Assembly: GCA_964401905.1 (NCBI GenBank)
Contig: CAYOAH010000001.1
Span: forward strand, 45,162-109,161
DNA from: an uncultured Gammaproteobacteria bacterium
Lineage (GTDB): Bacteria; Patescibacteriota; Patescibacteriia; Patescibacteriales; Patescibacteriaceae
Reading direction: 5' to 3'
Length of the DNA stretch: 64,000 nucleotides
Below are positions 17,999 through 26,729 of this stretch, in pieces. The notes beneath the pieces were generated by a model. The model had not been told where the DNA came from and made no database searches. It saw only the letters and a program-made list of their open reading frames with translations. How positions within the stretch are numbered: the stretch's first letter is position 1; each line of letters opens with the position of its first letter. Both the position numbers and the translations under genes were made by a program.

Positions 17999-18728
17999 AA
18001 TATTAGGTATTCGCTTGGATAATTTAACCGACCAAGCGCTCCGGCAACGTTTAGCGACTTATTTAGCTAGCCGGCAAAACCATCTGATTGTCACGGTTAA
18101 TCCGGAATTTACGCTAGCTGCTCAAAAAGATCAGTCCTTTAGCGACATCCTCAATCAGGCCGACCTATCTTTACCGGATGGCTTTGGTCTCAGCTTGGCC
18201 GCCTCAACTTATGGTCAAAAATTAATCCGCCATACTGGCGCCGATTTAACAGCCGATTTATTAATTCAGGCTGAAAATAATGGCTGGCCGATAGCTATTG
18301 TCAATTGGCGCGGCGGGCTATCGCCAGCCGCTGTTCTGCGGCCGGCACTACTAGCTAAATTCCCCAAACTCCATTGCCTAATTGAGGACTGTGGCCGCAA
18401 TGGTTATTTGGGCCAGCGGCAGCTATCACGATTAAACGCTTTTCAACCACGACTAGTTTTCTGTTCATTAGGCGCGCCTTATCAGGAATACTTTCTAGCC
18501 AAACATCAAATGACTTGGCCGAGCTGCCGCATCATGATTGGCATTGGCGGCAGCTTTGATTTTATCATTGGCCGCATCAAAAGAGCGCCCCAATTATGGC
18601 GGCGCTGCGGACTGGAGTGGCTGTGGCGGCTAATTCAACAGCCTTGGCGCTGGCGGCGCATCTGGAGGGCTGTTGCTGTTTTTAGCTGGCAGTTTATAAT
18701 CTGGCGCTATAAAAATAAAAGCCGCTAG
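17985..18728 (+). CDS. WecG/TagA/CpsF-family glycosyltransferase
   Basis: ILGIRLDNLT... N-terminus, LPDGFGL, and a C-terminal GLEWLWRLIQQPWRWRRIW tail characteristic of the family. Confidence 0.8.
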   Translation: MSTIKILGIRLDNLTDQALRQRLATYLASRQNHLIVTVNPEFTLAAQKDQSFSDILNQADLSLPDGFGLSLAASTYGQKLIRHTGADLTADLLIQAENNGWPIAIVNWRGGLSPAAVLRPALLAKFPKLHCLIEDCGRNGYLGQRQLSRLNAFQPRLVFCSLGAPYQEYFLAKHQMTWPSCRIMIGIGGSFDFIIGRIKRAPQLWRRCGLEWLWRLIQQPWRWRRIWRAVAVFSWQFIIWRYKNKSR

Positions 18729-18766
18729 TTTCCTAGCGGCAAAGTTTCTGGAAAAGTTTGGACGGA

Positions 18767-19165
18767 CTATTTAAGGCCGTCTTTTTTTAGCTTGTCCCAG
18801 GCCAATCTGGTGATGGCTCTGGGAGCACTGATTTGGAAGACGTGACCAGTGTCCATGGTAAAAGACTGATAACGCTGGCCATCATAGACGGCCACCATGA
18901 CAGTATTGTATGAAGAACCCAGCTCCTCATACAGGTCAATGACGTTATTAATGACAATCTCGTTGTCGCGAGATTGCACCTGGCTGCGGTCAGCCAGACC
19001 GGCGCAATGATGAGCCTCATAAAGGCCATCACTGGTGCCGTACCAGACCACGTCTGGATAACAGCGGGATTGCCGTTGAAAATTAACGCGGTAAGCGGCT
19101 GTTGATTGACCAGCCAGTATTAAGCTGCTAGCCAACAGGATCAATGTACAAACAATTCTGCGCAT
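18767..19165 (-). CDS. Small secreted hypothetical protein
   Basis: The ATG at 19165 is preceded by GGAGG. Signal peptide MRRIVCTLILLASSLILAGQSTA. Confidence 0.45.
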   Translation of the reverse strand: MRRIVCTLILLASSLILAGQSTAAYRVNFQRQSRCYPDVVWYGTSDGLYEAHHCAGLADRSQVQSRDNEIVINNVIDLYEELGSSYNTVMVAVYDGQRYQSFTMDTGHVFQISAPRAITRLAWDKLKKDGLK

Positions 19166-19231
19166 TTTACCTCCCTTCTTCTTGACAGAATGACCATATC
19201 TTACTAAAACCAATAGTTTTGTCAACTAAGT

Positions 19232-19260
19232 TTGCCAATGGCTAGCCAATTCGCTATAAT
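19232..19260 (+). promoter_or_regulatory. Sigma70-like promoter for gltX
   Basis: TTGCCA (19232-19237), 17-nt spacer, TATAAT (19255-19260). Confidence 0.45.
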
Positions 19261-19291
19261 ATAGGGGTTATTAACCTTGTTTTTACTTCCT

Positions 19292-20770
19292 ATGCCTGAC
19301 GCTCGCTTGCGCTTAGCTCCATCGCCAACCGGCTTCCTCCATCTAGGCAATTTACGAACCGCTATTTTTGGCTATCTAGCTGCCAAGCAGCTCCACGGCC
19401 ATTTTATTCTACGGATTGAAGACACTGACAATAAGCGGCGAGTTAAGGGAGCTGAAGATAGCTTGATTAAAGTGCTAAACCAGCTCGGCATTAAATTTGA
19501 CGAAGGCCCGCATATCGGCGGCGGCTATGGACCATATGTTCAAACTGAACGCCTGGACATTTATCAGCATTACGCTCAAAAACTGATTGATAGCGGCAAG
19601 GCTTATTATTGTTTTTGCAGCGAGGAGCGCCTAGAAAAATTACGCGCCGAACAAACCGCCAGCCATTTACCGCCACGCTATGATCGGGCTTGTCGCAAGC
19701 TCAGTGCCAAAGAAGTCAGCCAGCGTTTAACGGCTGGCGAAAAATATGTTATCCGGCAAAAGATGCCGACCAGGGGCGAAATAACCGTCATTGACGCTCT
19801 GCGTGGCACTATCACTTTTGCGGCCAGCGACCTTGATGACCAGGTTTTGATGAAATCCAGTGGCATTCCGACCTACCAACTAGCTAGCGTTGTTGACGAC
19901 CACTTAATGGAAATTAGCCATGTTACCCGAGGCGCTGAATGGCTGCCATCTTTTCCTAAAAATATTCTGCTCTATCAGGCTTTTGGCTGGACACCGCCCG
20001 AGTTTATCCATCTGCCATTAATACTTAACAAAGACGGTGGCAAGCTTAGCAAGCGCCAAGGCGATGTTTTTGTTGAACAGTTTTTAGATAAAGGCTATCT
20101 GCCGCTGGCTTTGATCAATTTCTGCGCCCTCTTGGGCTGGCATCCGCAAGGCGATCAAGAAATCTTCACTAGTTGGGCCGACCTGATTAGTCAATTTGAT
20201 TATCGTAAAATCAATAGCAGTCCGGCTATTTTTGACCTAGATAAACTCAACTTTCTCAATGGCTACCACTTGCGCCAGCTGCCAGCCGAACAATTGACCG
20301 AATTATTGACCCCGCATTTAATAGAAAATCAGGCGCTGGCTACGGAAAAATCAAAAAAAGAATTTAATTTTAGCCTAAAAATAGCTAAGCTATATCAGGA
20401 GAGGCTCAAGAACCTCAATGAAATCGGGGAGTTGAGCCGCAACCTATACCTGGATCAGCCCGATTATGATCCAACTCTATTAGTTTGGAAAAAATCAACG
20501 CCAGCCGCTACTATTGAAGCCCTAAAAACGATTATCAATTTTCTCAAAGATTATTCCCAAACCAACTGGAACACCGCTGAACTACAGACAGCCACCATGG
20601 ATTTCCTACAAAAGAATAATTTAGCCAACGGCGATCATCTCTGGCCTTGGCGAGTTGCCCTGAGCGGTTTAGCAGCCAGTCCCAGCCCATTTGAATTAGC
20701 TGACATTCTTGGTCAAGCCGCAACCATCAAGCGTCTTCAACACGCTTTGCGGTCTATGCAAGCTCAATAA
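19292..20770 (+). CDS. gltX: Glutamyl-tRNA synthetase
   Basis: RLAPSPTGFLHLGN (HIGH region) and KLSKRQG (KMSKS region). ATG 19292 is preferred over the TTG at 19277. Confidence 0.92.
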   Translation: MPDARLRLAPSPTGFLHLGNLRTAIFGYLAAKQLHGHFILRIEDTDNKRRVKGAEDSLIKVLNQLGIKFDEGPHIGGGYGPYVQTERLDIYQHYAQKLIDSGKAYYCFCSEERLEKLRAEQTASHLPPRYDRACRKLSAKEVSQRLTAGEKYVIRQKMPTRGEITVIDALRGTITFAASDLDDQVLMKSSGIPTYQLASVVDDHLMEISHVTRGAEWLPSFPKNILLYQAFGWTPPEFIHLPLILNKDGGKLSKRQGDVFVEQFLDKGYLPLALINFCALLGWHPQGDQEIFTSWADLISQFDYRKINSSPAIFDLDKLNFLNGYHLRQLPAEQLTELLTPHLIENQALATEKSKKEFNFSLKIAKLYQERLKNLNEIGELSRNLYLDQPDYDPTLLVWKKSTPAATIEALKTIINFLKDYSQTNWNTAELQTATMDFLQKNNLANGDHLWPWRVALSGLAASPSPFELADILGQAATIKRLQHALRSMQAQ

Positions 20771-20789
20771 AAAATAGTATAATTTAGCC

Positions 20790-22052
20790 ATGAAACATCG
20801 TCGCTATCAAAAAATATTATCAGGCAGCCTAATAACCATTGGCTTATCTTTATTCTTATTCTTGACTGCCTACCATCCGCAGTCAGCGCGCGGCAGCTAC
20901 GAAGAAGAAGTCAATCAACTCAATAGCCAAATCAACGATAAAAAAGGCGCTCTAACTAAGCTGCGCGACCAACAGCGCTATTATCAACAATTAGTAGCTG
21001 AAAAACAAAGTGAAAAAGCCACCCTCAGCAATCAGCTGACCATTTTGGACAGTAAAATCGCTGAAGCTGAGCTGGATATTCAAGGCACCGAGCTGGAAAT
21101 GGAGCAAACCAACCTGGAATTGCGCAGTCTAGAGCTAGAAATTGCCGATAAAGACCAATCAATTGACCAAAACAAAACCAAGCTCGGCAATCTGCTTAAA
21201 ACCATTGACCAACAGGGGAGCAAAAGCGCCTTGGAAATTATCTTATTAAATGATTCTTTTTCCGAATTTCTCAATGAAATCAAGTATCTCAACGATATCA
21301 GCAGCGGTGTCCGCGACCAATTGGAAGACTTGCGGCAGCTCAAAAATTCACTAGAAGAACAACGAGCCGCCCTGGACACCAAGCGCCAGCAACTGGCTGA
21401 ATTGCAAAAAGTCCTGGCTGACAAAAGGGGTTCGCTAGACCAAGAAAAACAAGATAAAAGTTTTATTCTAGAACAGACCCAATTGTCAGAAAGCCAATAT
21501 CAAAATTTACTGGCGGCCGCCAAGCAAGAACAAGCTCAAGCTAATGCTGAAATTAGCAGTTTAGAAAAAAGCGTCCGGCAAAAACTAGCCCTTATTGAAG
21601 CTAACAAACCCAAGACTGGTCAAAAAAGTTCCAGCAGTAATAGCTCATCCGGCCTAGTTTGGCCAGTACCCAAGAATTACGTCAGCACCTATTTCCATGA
21701 TCCGGAATATCCTTTCCGCTATCTTTTTGAGCACCCGGCCATTGATATCCGCGCCGGCCAAGGAACGGCCGTAGTGGCTGCCAGCAACGGCTATGTCGCC
21801 GCTGCCAAAGATGCCGGCATGGGCTATAGCTATATTATGATTGTCCACGACAATGGTCTAGCTACAGTTTACGGCCATATTTCTAGGATTGCCACTAAAG
21901 AAGACGCCTACGTGACTGCCGGCCAAGTAATCGGCTACAGCGGCGGCATGCCTGGCACGCCCGGTGCCGGTAAACTAACTACCGGACCGCATTTGCATTT
22001 TGAAGTCCGTCTCAATGGCATTCCGGTTGATCCTTTAGCTTATCTGCCTTAA
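20790..22052 (+). CDS. Coiled-coil M23/LytM peptidase (EnvC-like architecture, catalytic residues retained)
   Basis: N-terminal TM segment, about 250 aa of coiled coil, and a C-terminal M23 domain with HPAIDI (HxxxD) and GPHLHFEV (HxH). Confidence 0.85.
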   Translation: MKHRRYQKILSGSLITIGLSLFLFLTAYHPQSARGSYEEEVNQLNSQINDKKGALTKLRDQQRYYQQLVAEKQSEKATLSNQLTILDSKIAEAELDIQGTELEMEQTNLELRSLELEIADKDQSIDQNKTKLGNLLKTIDQQGSKSALEIILLNDSFSEFLNEIKYLNDISSGVRDQLEDLRQLKNSLEEQRAALDTKRQQLAELQKVLADKRGSLDQEKQDKSFILEQTQLSESQYQNLLAAAKQEQAQANAEISSLEKSVRQKLALIEANKPKTGQKSSSSNSSSGLVWPVPKNYVSTYFHDPEYPFRYLFEHPAIDIRAGQGTAVVAASNGYVAAAKDAGMGYSYIMIVHDNGLATVYGHISRIATKEDAYVTAGQVIGYSGGMPGTPGAGKLTTGPHLHFEVRLNGIPVDPLAYLP

Positions 22053-22057
22053 TCGCC

Positions 22058-22633
22058 ATGAATTATCATCGCTCCAAGCCTGGATTTGGGCCGTTAGAAG
22101 CTATTTTAATCTTAAGCACTCTGTTGCTGATAGTCAGTGCCGGTTTTACTTATTGGTCAATTGACCAAGCCAAGCAGCGCGACCAGGTCAGAATCGCTAA
22201 TCTTAAGATAATCCAATCGGCTATCAACCAATATTTCAATCAATACCGCGAATTTCCAGCCGGGGACCATGATGTTGGCAATTGGGATTTGGGCTACCGT
22301 GATGCCAGCGATCAGCGGTTTATCGCGCCGTTGGTGGAAAAAGGCTTCTTACCGGCCAATTTTGCGGCCGATCCAATCTCTAAATACGATGAAAACAAGG
22401 GGATTGACTATACCTTCCGCTATCAAGTCTACCAAGATGACGGCCAATATTGCCCACGCGGCCAAGGCCAATTCTATGTTTTAGGCATTCGCGATTTAGA
22501 AGCTGACAGCGGCGGTCTTAATGATAAGGCTAGCCAATTTACCGATAGTGGATTTTTATGCAAGAATCGCAACTGGCAAGATGAATTTGATTATGTGGTT
22601 GGCGCTTTTGCTAGTCCGCTAAAAAAGAAATAA
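22058..22633 (+). CDS. Type IV pilin/pseudopilin-like protein
   Basis: N-terminus KPG/FGPLEAILILSTLLLIVSAGF has a prepilin-type G/F junction, Glu at +5 and a hydrophobic helix. Confidence 0.55.
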   Translation: MNYHRSKPGFGPLEAILILSTLLLIVSAGFTYWSIDQAKQRDQVRIANLKIIQSAINQYFNQYREFPAGDHDVGNWDLGYRDASDQRFIAPLVEKGFLPANFAADPISKYDENKGIDYTFRYQVYQDDGQYCPRGQGQFYVLGIRDLEADSGGLNDKASQFTDSGFLCKNRNWQDEFDYVVGAFASPLKKK

Positions 22634-22669
22634 TTTACTTAATAGCAGTTGAATCAGAAAATAAATAAA

Positions 22670-22698
22670 GAATCGGCGATAATTGCCGATTCTTTTTT
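22670..22698 (+). terminator. Rho-independent terminator
   Basis: GAATCGGC (22670-22677), 7-nt loop, GCCGATTC (22685-22692), then TTTTTT. Confidence 0.6.
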
Positions 22699-22803
22699 AT
22701 CAAACCCAAAGCCGCTGCGGGGAGCGCTAGTCATAATGTCGCACAATACATCTTATACGACATAGTGGTTAGACTGGCCCTAATCCAAAATCTCTTTTAG
22801 GGC

Positions 22804-22953
22804 TTAGGGATAAGTCAAAATCATGCCCATTAAATGTAATTCCGGGCTGAAGAGTAATAAAATCTTGCAGAGCAATAAAAAGACGCCGACGACCAAGACA
22901 CAGAAGACTAGGACTGCCAAGAAGAAGACTAGTTTGAAGATTTGTTCATCCAT
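22804..22953 (-). CDS. Possible 49-aa hydrophobic peptide (below the ORF-track cutoff)
   Basis: Hand translation: MDEQIFKLVFFLAVLVFCVLVVGVFLLLCKILLLFSPELHLMGMILTYP*. The ATG lies 18 nt after the stop of the FtsQ-like gene. Confidence 0.3.
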   Translation of the reverse strand: MDEQIFKLVFFLAVLVFCVLVVGVFLLLCKILLLFSPELHLMGMILTYP

Positions 22954-22970
22954 ATTATTTATTAAACTTA

Positions 22971-23807
22971 TTATTGAAAAATAATCCGATCGCCATAGCG
23001 CAGGTCAATCACCTTGGCTTGACTCAACTGCTGGGCAAATTTACTTTGGCCAGCTTGCCATAGCTTTAGTTGATCGTCTAGGCTATCCCGCAATGTTAGT
23101 TTGACAACTTGCTGATTATCCAGAACGGCCTGAATAGAATTTGGCTCTTGCTGGTTAAAAATAAACTGATGCGGGATTGAACCCAGCCAACTAGTCTGAC
23201 TGGCAGCAATCAACTGCCAAAAATCAGGATCAATAACCACTTGCCGCTCAGCTACCAAGGTATCTCGGCTATCAATTACCGGATAAAGCTTAGCACTGGC
23301 GGCGTTGGGCGACTCTTGTTTAACTACCCGCCCCAATCGATCAACCCAGTAATACCAGCCATTCTCTTGCCAAATCGCTATCACCGGCTCTTCTTCAATC
23401 TTCAGCGTCAGCTTATTCGGCCATTGCCGTTTTAAACGACAACTGACTAAGTTATACTCTTGTAGCGGGCGGCAATATCGCTTGGCTGAGGCTAACCAAA
23501 AATTACCTGGCCAAAACTGCCAAAAATGGCCTTTGAGCGCTGTTTCTGACTGTTGGCGCAACACATTTCCATCCAAGAGCTTAACGCCGTCTATGGAGAC
23601 GCTAGTAGCCCTAAAATAAGACGAGCCAAATAACCCATAAATCATCCCGATAATCAAAACAATTATGGCTACCAGCACGGCTCCCCGACCGATTTTACGC
23701 CAATTAGTCCCCTTAGAGTTAGCCGTTCGCCGTACCGGCAATGAAACCGCCTTGGGGCGTTGGCTTAAGAGGACAACATTTTTTTTGGGCTGAGGGCGAG
23801 CCTTCAT
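22971..23807 (-). CDS. FtsQ/DivIB-like cell division protein (POTRA)
   Basis: Basic N-terminus, one TM segment (AVLVAIIVLIIGMIYGLF), then a POTRA-like segment, FRATSVSIDGVKLLDGNVL. Confidence 0.6.
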   Translation of the reverse strand: MKARPQPKKNVVLLSQRPKAVSLPVRRTANSKGTNWRKIGRGAVLVAIIVLIIGMIYGLFGSSYFRATSVSIDGVKLLDGNVLRQQSETALKGHFWQFWPGNFWLASAKRYCRPLQEYNLVSCRLKRQWPNKLTLKIEEEPVIAIWQENGWYYWVDRLGRVVKQESPNAASAKLYPVIDSRDTLVAERQVVIDPDFWQLIAASQTSWLGSIPHQFIFNQQEPNSIQAVLDNQQVVKLTLRDSLDDQLKLWQAGQSKFAQQLSQAKVIDLRYGDRIIFQ

Positions 23808-23813
23808 AATGCT

Positions 23814-25088
23814 TTAAGCAAAAAACATTGATGATAAATCTAACGGTATAAACGATTTAAGAATGGCTGGCAACTTAATCCGGCCATCAACCTGCTGATG
23901 ATTCTCTATAATAGCAATCATGGCGCGCGGCAAGGCTAATCCGGTTCCATTAAGAGTATGCACCAAGCCTTTCTGTCCGTCGGCGGTTTGATACTTAATA
24001 TCCAAGCCACGAGCCTGATAATCGGTGCAGTTAGAGGCTGACGTCATTTCCGCCCAGTCGCCAGCTTGGCCATCTTTGTTAGGCTTGCCAGGCAGCCAGG
24101 CTTCCAGGTCAAAAGTGCGGGCCGATGGCGCGCCCAAATCGGCCGTGCAATGATCAATGACCCGAAATGGAATTTCCAGACCGCTAAAAATTTCCTTTTC
24201 AATTTCTAGCAATAATTGATGCTCTTTGGTACTATCTTCCGGTCGGCAATAGACGAACATTTCCACTTTATTGAATTGATGGACGCGGAAAATGCCCTTG
24301 GCAAACTTGCTATAACTCCCCGCCTCGGTCCGAAAACACTGCGACAAAGCGGCATAACGCAATGGCAGCTGATCGCCCTTTAAAACCTCGTCTTGATGAT
24401 ACCCCCCTAGGGTAATCTCAGCCGTACCTATCAGACTCAAATCATCGTTGGCAATATTGTAAATCTGAGTTGACTCACCGCGCGGATTATAGCCCAAACG
24501 CTCAATAATACTGGTTTTAGCCAAATCTGGCGTGGTCATCACCTGAAAGCCGTGCTTGGCGATAACTGACAGAGCATATTGGATTAACGCTAACTCCAGC
24601 CAGACTAAATCATTGCTAGTATAATAAAACTTGGCCCCGGCCACCTTAGCTGCCCGTTCAAAATCCAGCCACTGCCACTGTTCGGCCAAAGCTAGGTGAT
24701 CTTTGGGGGCAAAGGCAAGCTCAAGCGGCTGGCCGTTTTCTTCTAAAATTGGATTATCTTCTTCATTCAAGCTGCGAACCACTGCCGAATCGGTTTGGTT
24801 GGGCACAGTCAACAATAGGCTATCCAATTCATCGATAATCTCCGCTAAACTGTCTTCGCCTTGTTTAATTGCTTCATTATTGACCTTAATATCAGCCACC
24901 TGCTCCGGCGTCGGCTTTTGTTTAGACCAAGCATTGCGCTTGGAACGCCGATCGTCTAATTCCTGCTGCAGATTACGCCGCTGTTCATCTAAGCTGACCA
25001 AATGGTCAATATCAACATCAGCCAGGCGATAACGGCAGTTTTCTTTAACCTCGTCAATATTCTCGCGGATGTATTTTAGATCTAACAT
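23814..25088 (-). CDS. serS: Seryl-tRNA synthetase
   Basis: MLDLKYIRENIDEVKEN... N-terminal coiled coil and class II motifs (FRTEAGS..., TLNGTGLALPR). Confidence 0.95.
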   Translation of the reverse strand: MLDLKYIRENIDEVKENCRYRLADVDIDHLVSLDEQRRNLQQELDDRRSKRNAWSKQKPTPEQVADIKVNNEAIKQGEDSLAEIIDELDSLLLTVPNQTDSAVVRSLNEEDNPILEENGQPLELAFAPKDHLALAEQWQWLDFERAAKVAGAKFYYTSNDLVWLELALIQYALSVIAKHGFQVMTTPDLAKTSIIERLGYNPRGESTQIYNIANDDLSLIGTAEITLGGYHQDEVLKGDQLPLRYAALSQCFRTEAGSYSKFAKGIFRVHQFNKVEMFVYCRPEDSTKEHQLLLEIEKEIFSGLEIPFRVIDHCTADLGAPSARTFDLEAWLPGKPNKDGQAGDWAEMTSASNCTDYQARGLDIKYQTADGQKGLVHTLNGTGLALPRAMIAIIENHQQVDGRIKLPAILKSFIPLDLSSMFFA

Positions 25089-25092
25089 AAAA

Positions 25093-26550
25093 TTATTGTT
25101 GTTTTGGTTTCATAAAGGGAAATAAAGTCACTTCCCGGAGCGGCTGGCCGGCTAGACAAGCAAATAAGCGTTCGCCGAAGCCGAAGCCGCAGGTCGGCGG
25201 CATGCCGTGCTCCAGCATTTCCACAAATTCCCAATCCGGCATCATCGCTTCGTTATCGCCAGCTTTCAGCAGCTTCTGTTGTTCTTCAAAACGAGCCCGT
25301 TGGTCAACTGGATTGTTAAGTTCCGAATAGCCATTACCGATTTCGGTGCCGGCAATCAATATTTGAAAACGCTCAGTCAGCTCCGGATTATCCTGACGAG
25401 CCTTAGCTAATGGTGAAATCAGCTTCGGATGACCGACAACAAAAGCTGGCCCGGCAATATTTTTACGGCAATATTTCCACAGAGTATCAGTCAGGCGCTC
25501 GCGATTATTACCATCATATTTAACTTCCAGTTGGGCTAATTTATCACGCATCGCCTGCTCGCTAGCCGCTAAAATATCAATGCCGGTCTGCCTGAGTATT
25601 TCTTGCTGATAATCAATCTCTGGCCACTGTCCAGCTAAATCAAAATCCAACCCCTTGTTAGTAAACTTGGTGGTGCCGAAAACTTCCTGGGCTAGCGTCT
25701 GATAAAGTTCTCTGGTCAATCTCATACCATCACGGTAATCAGCATAGGCCCAATAAAACTCCAGATTGGTGAATTCTTGTAGATGATCCGGACTGCTGCC
25801 TTCATTGCGGAAAGCCCGGCCAATCTCAAAGGTCTTATCAAAACCGGCCGCCATCAAGCGTTTCTGCCACAATTCGCCGACTGAAATACGCAGAAAGACT
25901 TCAGTATCGTAATCTTGATGATAAGTCTTAAACGGATTAGCCTCGGCGCCGCCAGTGGTTGTTTCCAAAGTCGGCGTTTCCACTTCCAAGAAGCCATGCT
26001 CCACCATAAAACGGCGGGTCACCTGCCAGAATTTGGCTTTTTTAATAAATAGTTCGCGCAGCTGATCGTCAAACAGTAAATCCAGATAACGCTTGCGCAA
26101 ACGCTCATCATCGTCCTGCAGGCCATGCCATTTCTCTGGCAGCGGCCGCACAGCTTTGCTAATTAATTGCCAATCGGTCACTAGTAGGCTATTTTGGCCG
26201 GTATGGGTAACAAAAACCGCGCCCGAAACAGCCACAAAATCAGCAATATCAATAGTTTTCAAAAATTGCTTATATTTATCCCCTAGCTCTTTCTTACTAA
26301 AAGCCGCCTGAATAGTAGCGGTGCCGTCCTGCAGGTTGGCAAAGGTCAGATTGCCGTGCTCGCGTAAAGTGCGCAGTCGGCCGGCCAAATAAACGGTTTC
26401 ACCGCTAGACAAATAGTGCTCAAAATTGTCCAAAACTTGACCATTGGTTTGTTCGCGGCGGCAATGAGCCGGATAGGGATCAACTCCGGCTTGGCGCAAA
26501 TCGGCCAATCGCCCCAAGCGTTCCTGATATTCGCTAATTTTTTCAGCCAT
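25093..26550 (-). CDS. lysS: Lysyl-tRNA synthetase (class II)
   Basis: OB-fold N-terminus (VYLAGRLRTLREHGNLTFANLQDG) and class II core (FEIGRAFRNEG, GFGFGERL). Confidence 0.95.
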   Translation of the reverse strand: MAEKISEYQERLGRLADLRQAGVDPYPAHCRREQTNGQVLDNFEHYLSSGETVYLAGRLRTLREHGNLTFANLQDGTATIQAAFSKKELGDKYKQFLKTIDIADFVAVSGAVFVTHTGQNSLLVTDWQLISKAVRPLPEKWHGLQDDDERLRKRYLDLLFDDQLRELFIKKAKFWQVTRRFMVEHGFLEVETPTLETTTGGAEANPFKTYHQDYDTEVFLRISVGELWQKRLMAAGFDKTFEIGRAFRNEGSSPDHLQEFTNLEFYWAYADYRDGMRLTRELYQTLAQEVFGTTKFTNKGLDFDLAGQWPEIDYQQEILRQTGIDILAASEQAMRDKLAQLEVKYDGNNRERLTDTLWKYCRKNIAGPAFVVGHPKLISPLAKARQDNPELTERFQILIAGTEIGNGYSELNNPVDQRARFEEQQKLLKAGDNEAMMPDWEFVEMLEHGMPPTCGFGFGERLFACLAGQPLREVTLFPFMKPKQQ

Positions 26551-26555
26551 AAAAA

Positions 26556-26587
26556 CAATATAACCAGTAATTAAACTGGTTATATTG
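26556..26587 (-). promoter_or_regulatory. Perfect 13-bp inverted repeat with a U-tract abutting the lysS start codon (terminator and/or operator)
   Basis: CAATATAACCAGT (26556-26568), loop AATTAA, ACTGGTTATATTG (26575-26587). On the minus strand the hairpin is followed by TTTTT (26551-26555) and then the lysS ATG. A TACAAT -10 candidate (26584-26589, minus strand) overlaps one arm. Confidence 0.55.
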
Positions 26588-26642
26588 TAACTAATTTATA
26601 GTTGGAAGTAAAGAAAAGACAAATTTTGTTATACAAAAAAAT

Positions 26643-26706
26643 CCCAAGGAATCCTAGAGCTCGGTTTGGAACCAAATTCTAAGAATCCAAGGGATCAAGG
26701 GAATCC
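26643..26706. repeat. Three copies of a CCAAGG(G)AATCC-like motif
   Basis: cccaaggaatcc (26643-26654), gaatccaagggatc (26683-26696) and caagggaatcc (26696-26706), read directly. Confidence 0.6.
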
Positions 26707-26729
26707 ACCAGTGAAGAAATTGGCAGAGG

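Noticed and set aside
22699-22803. A possible SRP, 6S or other known small RNA in the long spacer.
   Set aside because: I could not find the conserved SRP domain IV motif or any other signature I recognise. Only short hairpins are present. The region is left for an Infernal/Rfam scan.
25089-26729. T-box or other riboswitch leaders upstream of serS, lysS, proS (61886-61939) and gltX.
   Set aside because: The leaders are far too short (4-60 nt) for a T-box, and no specifier/T-box sequence is visible.
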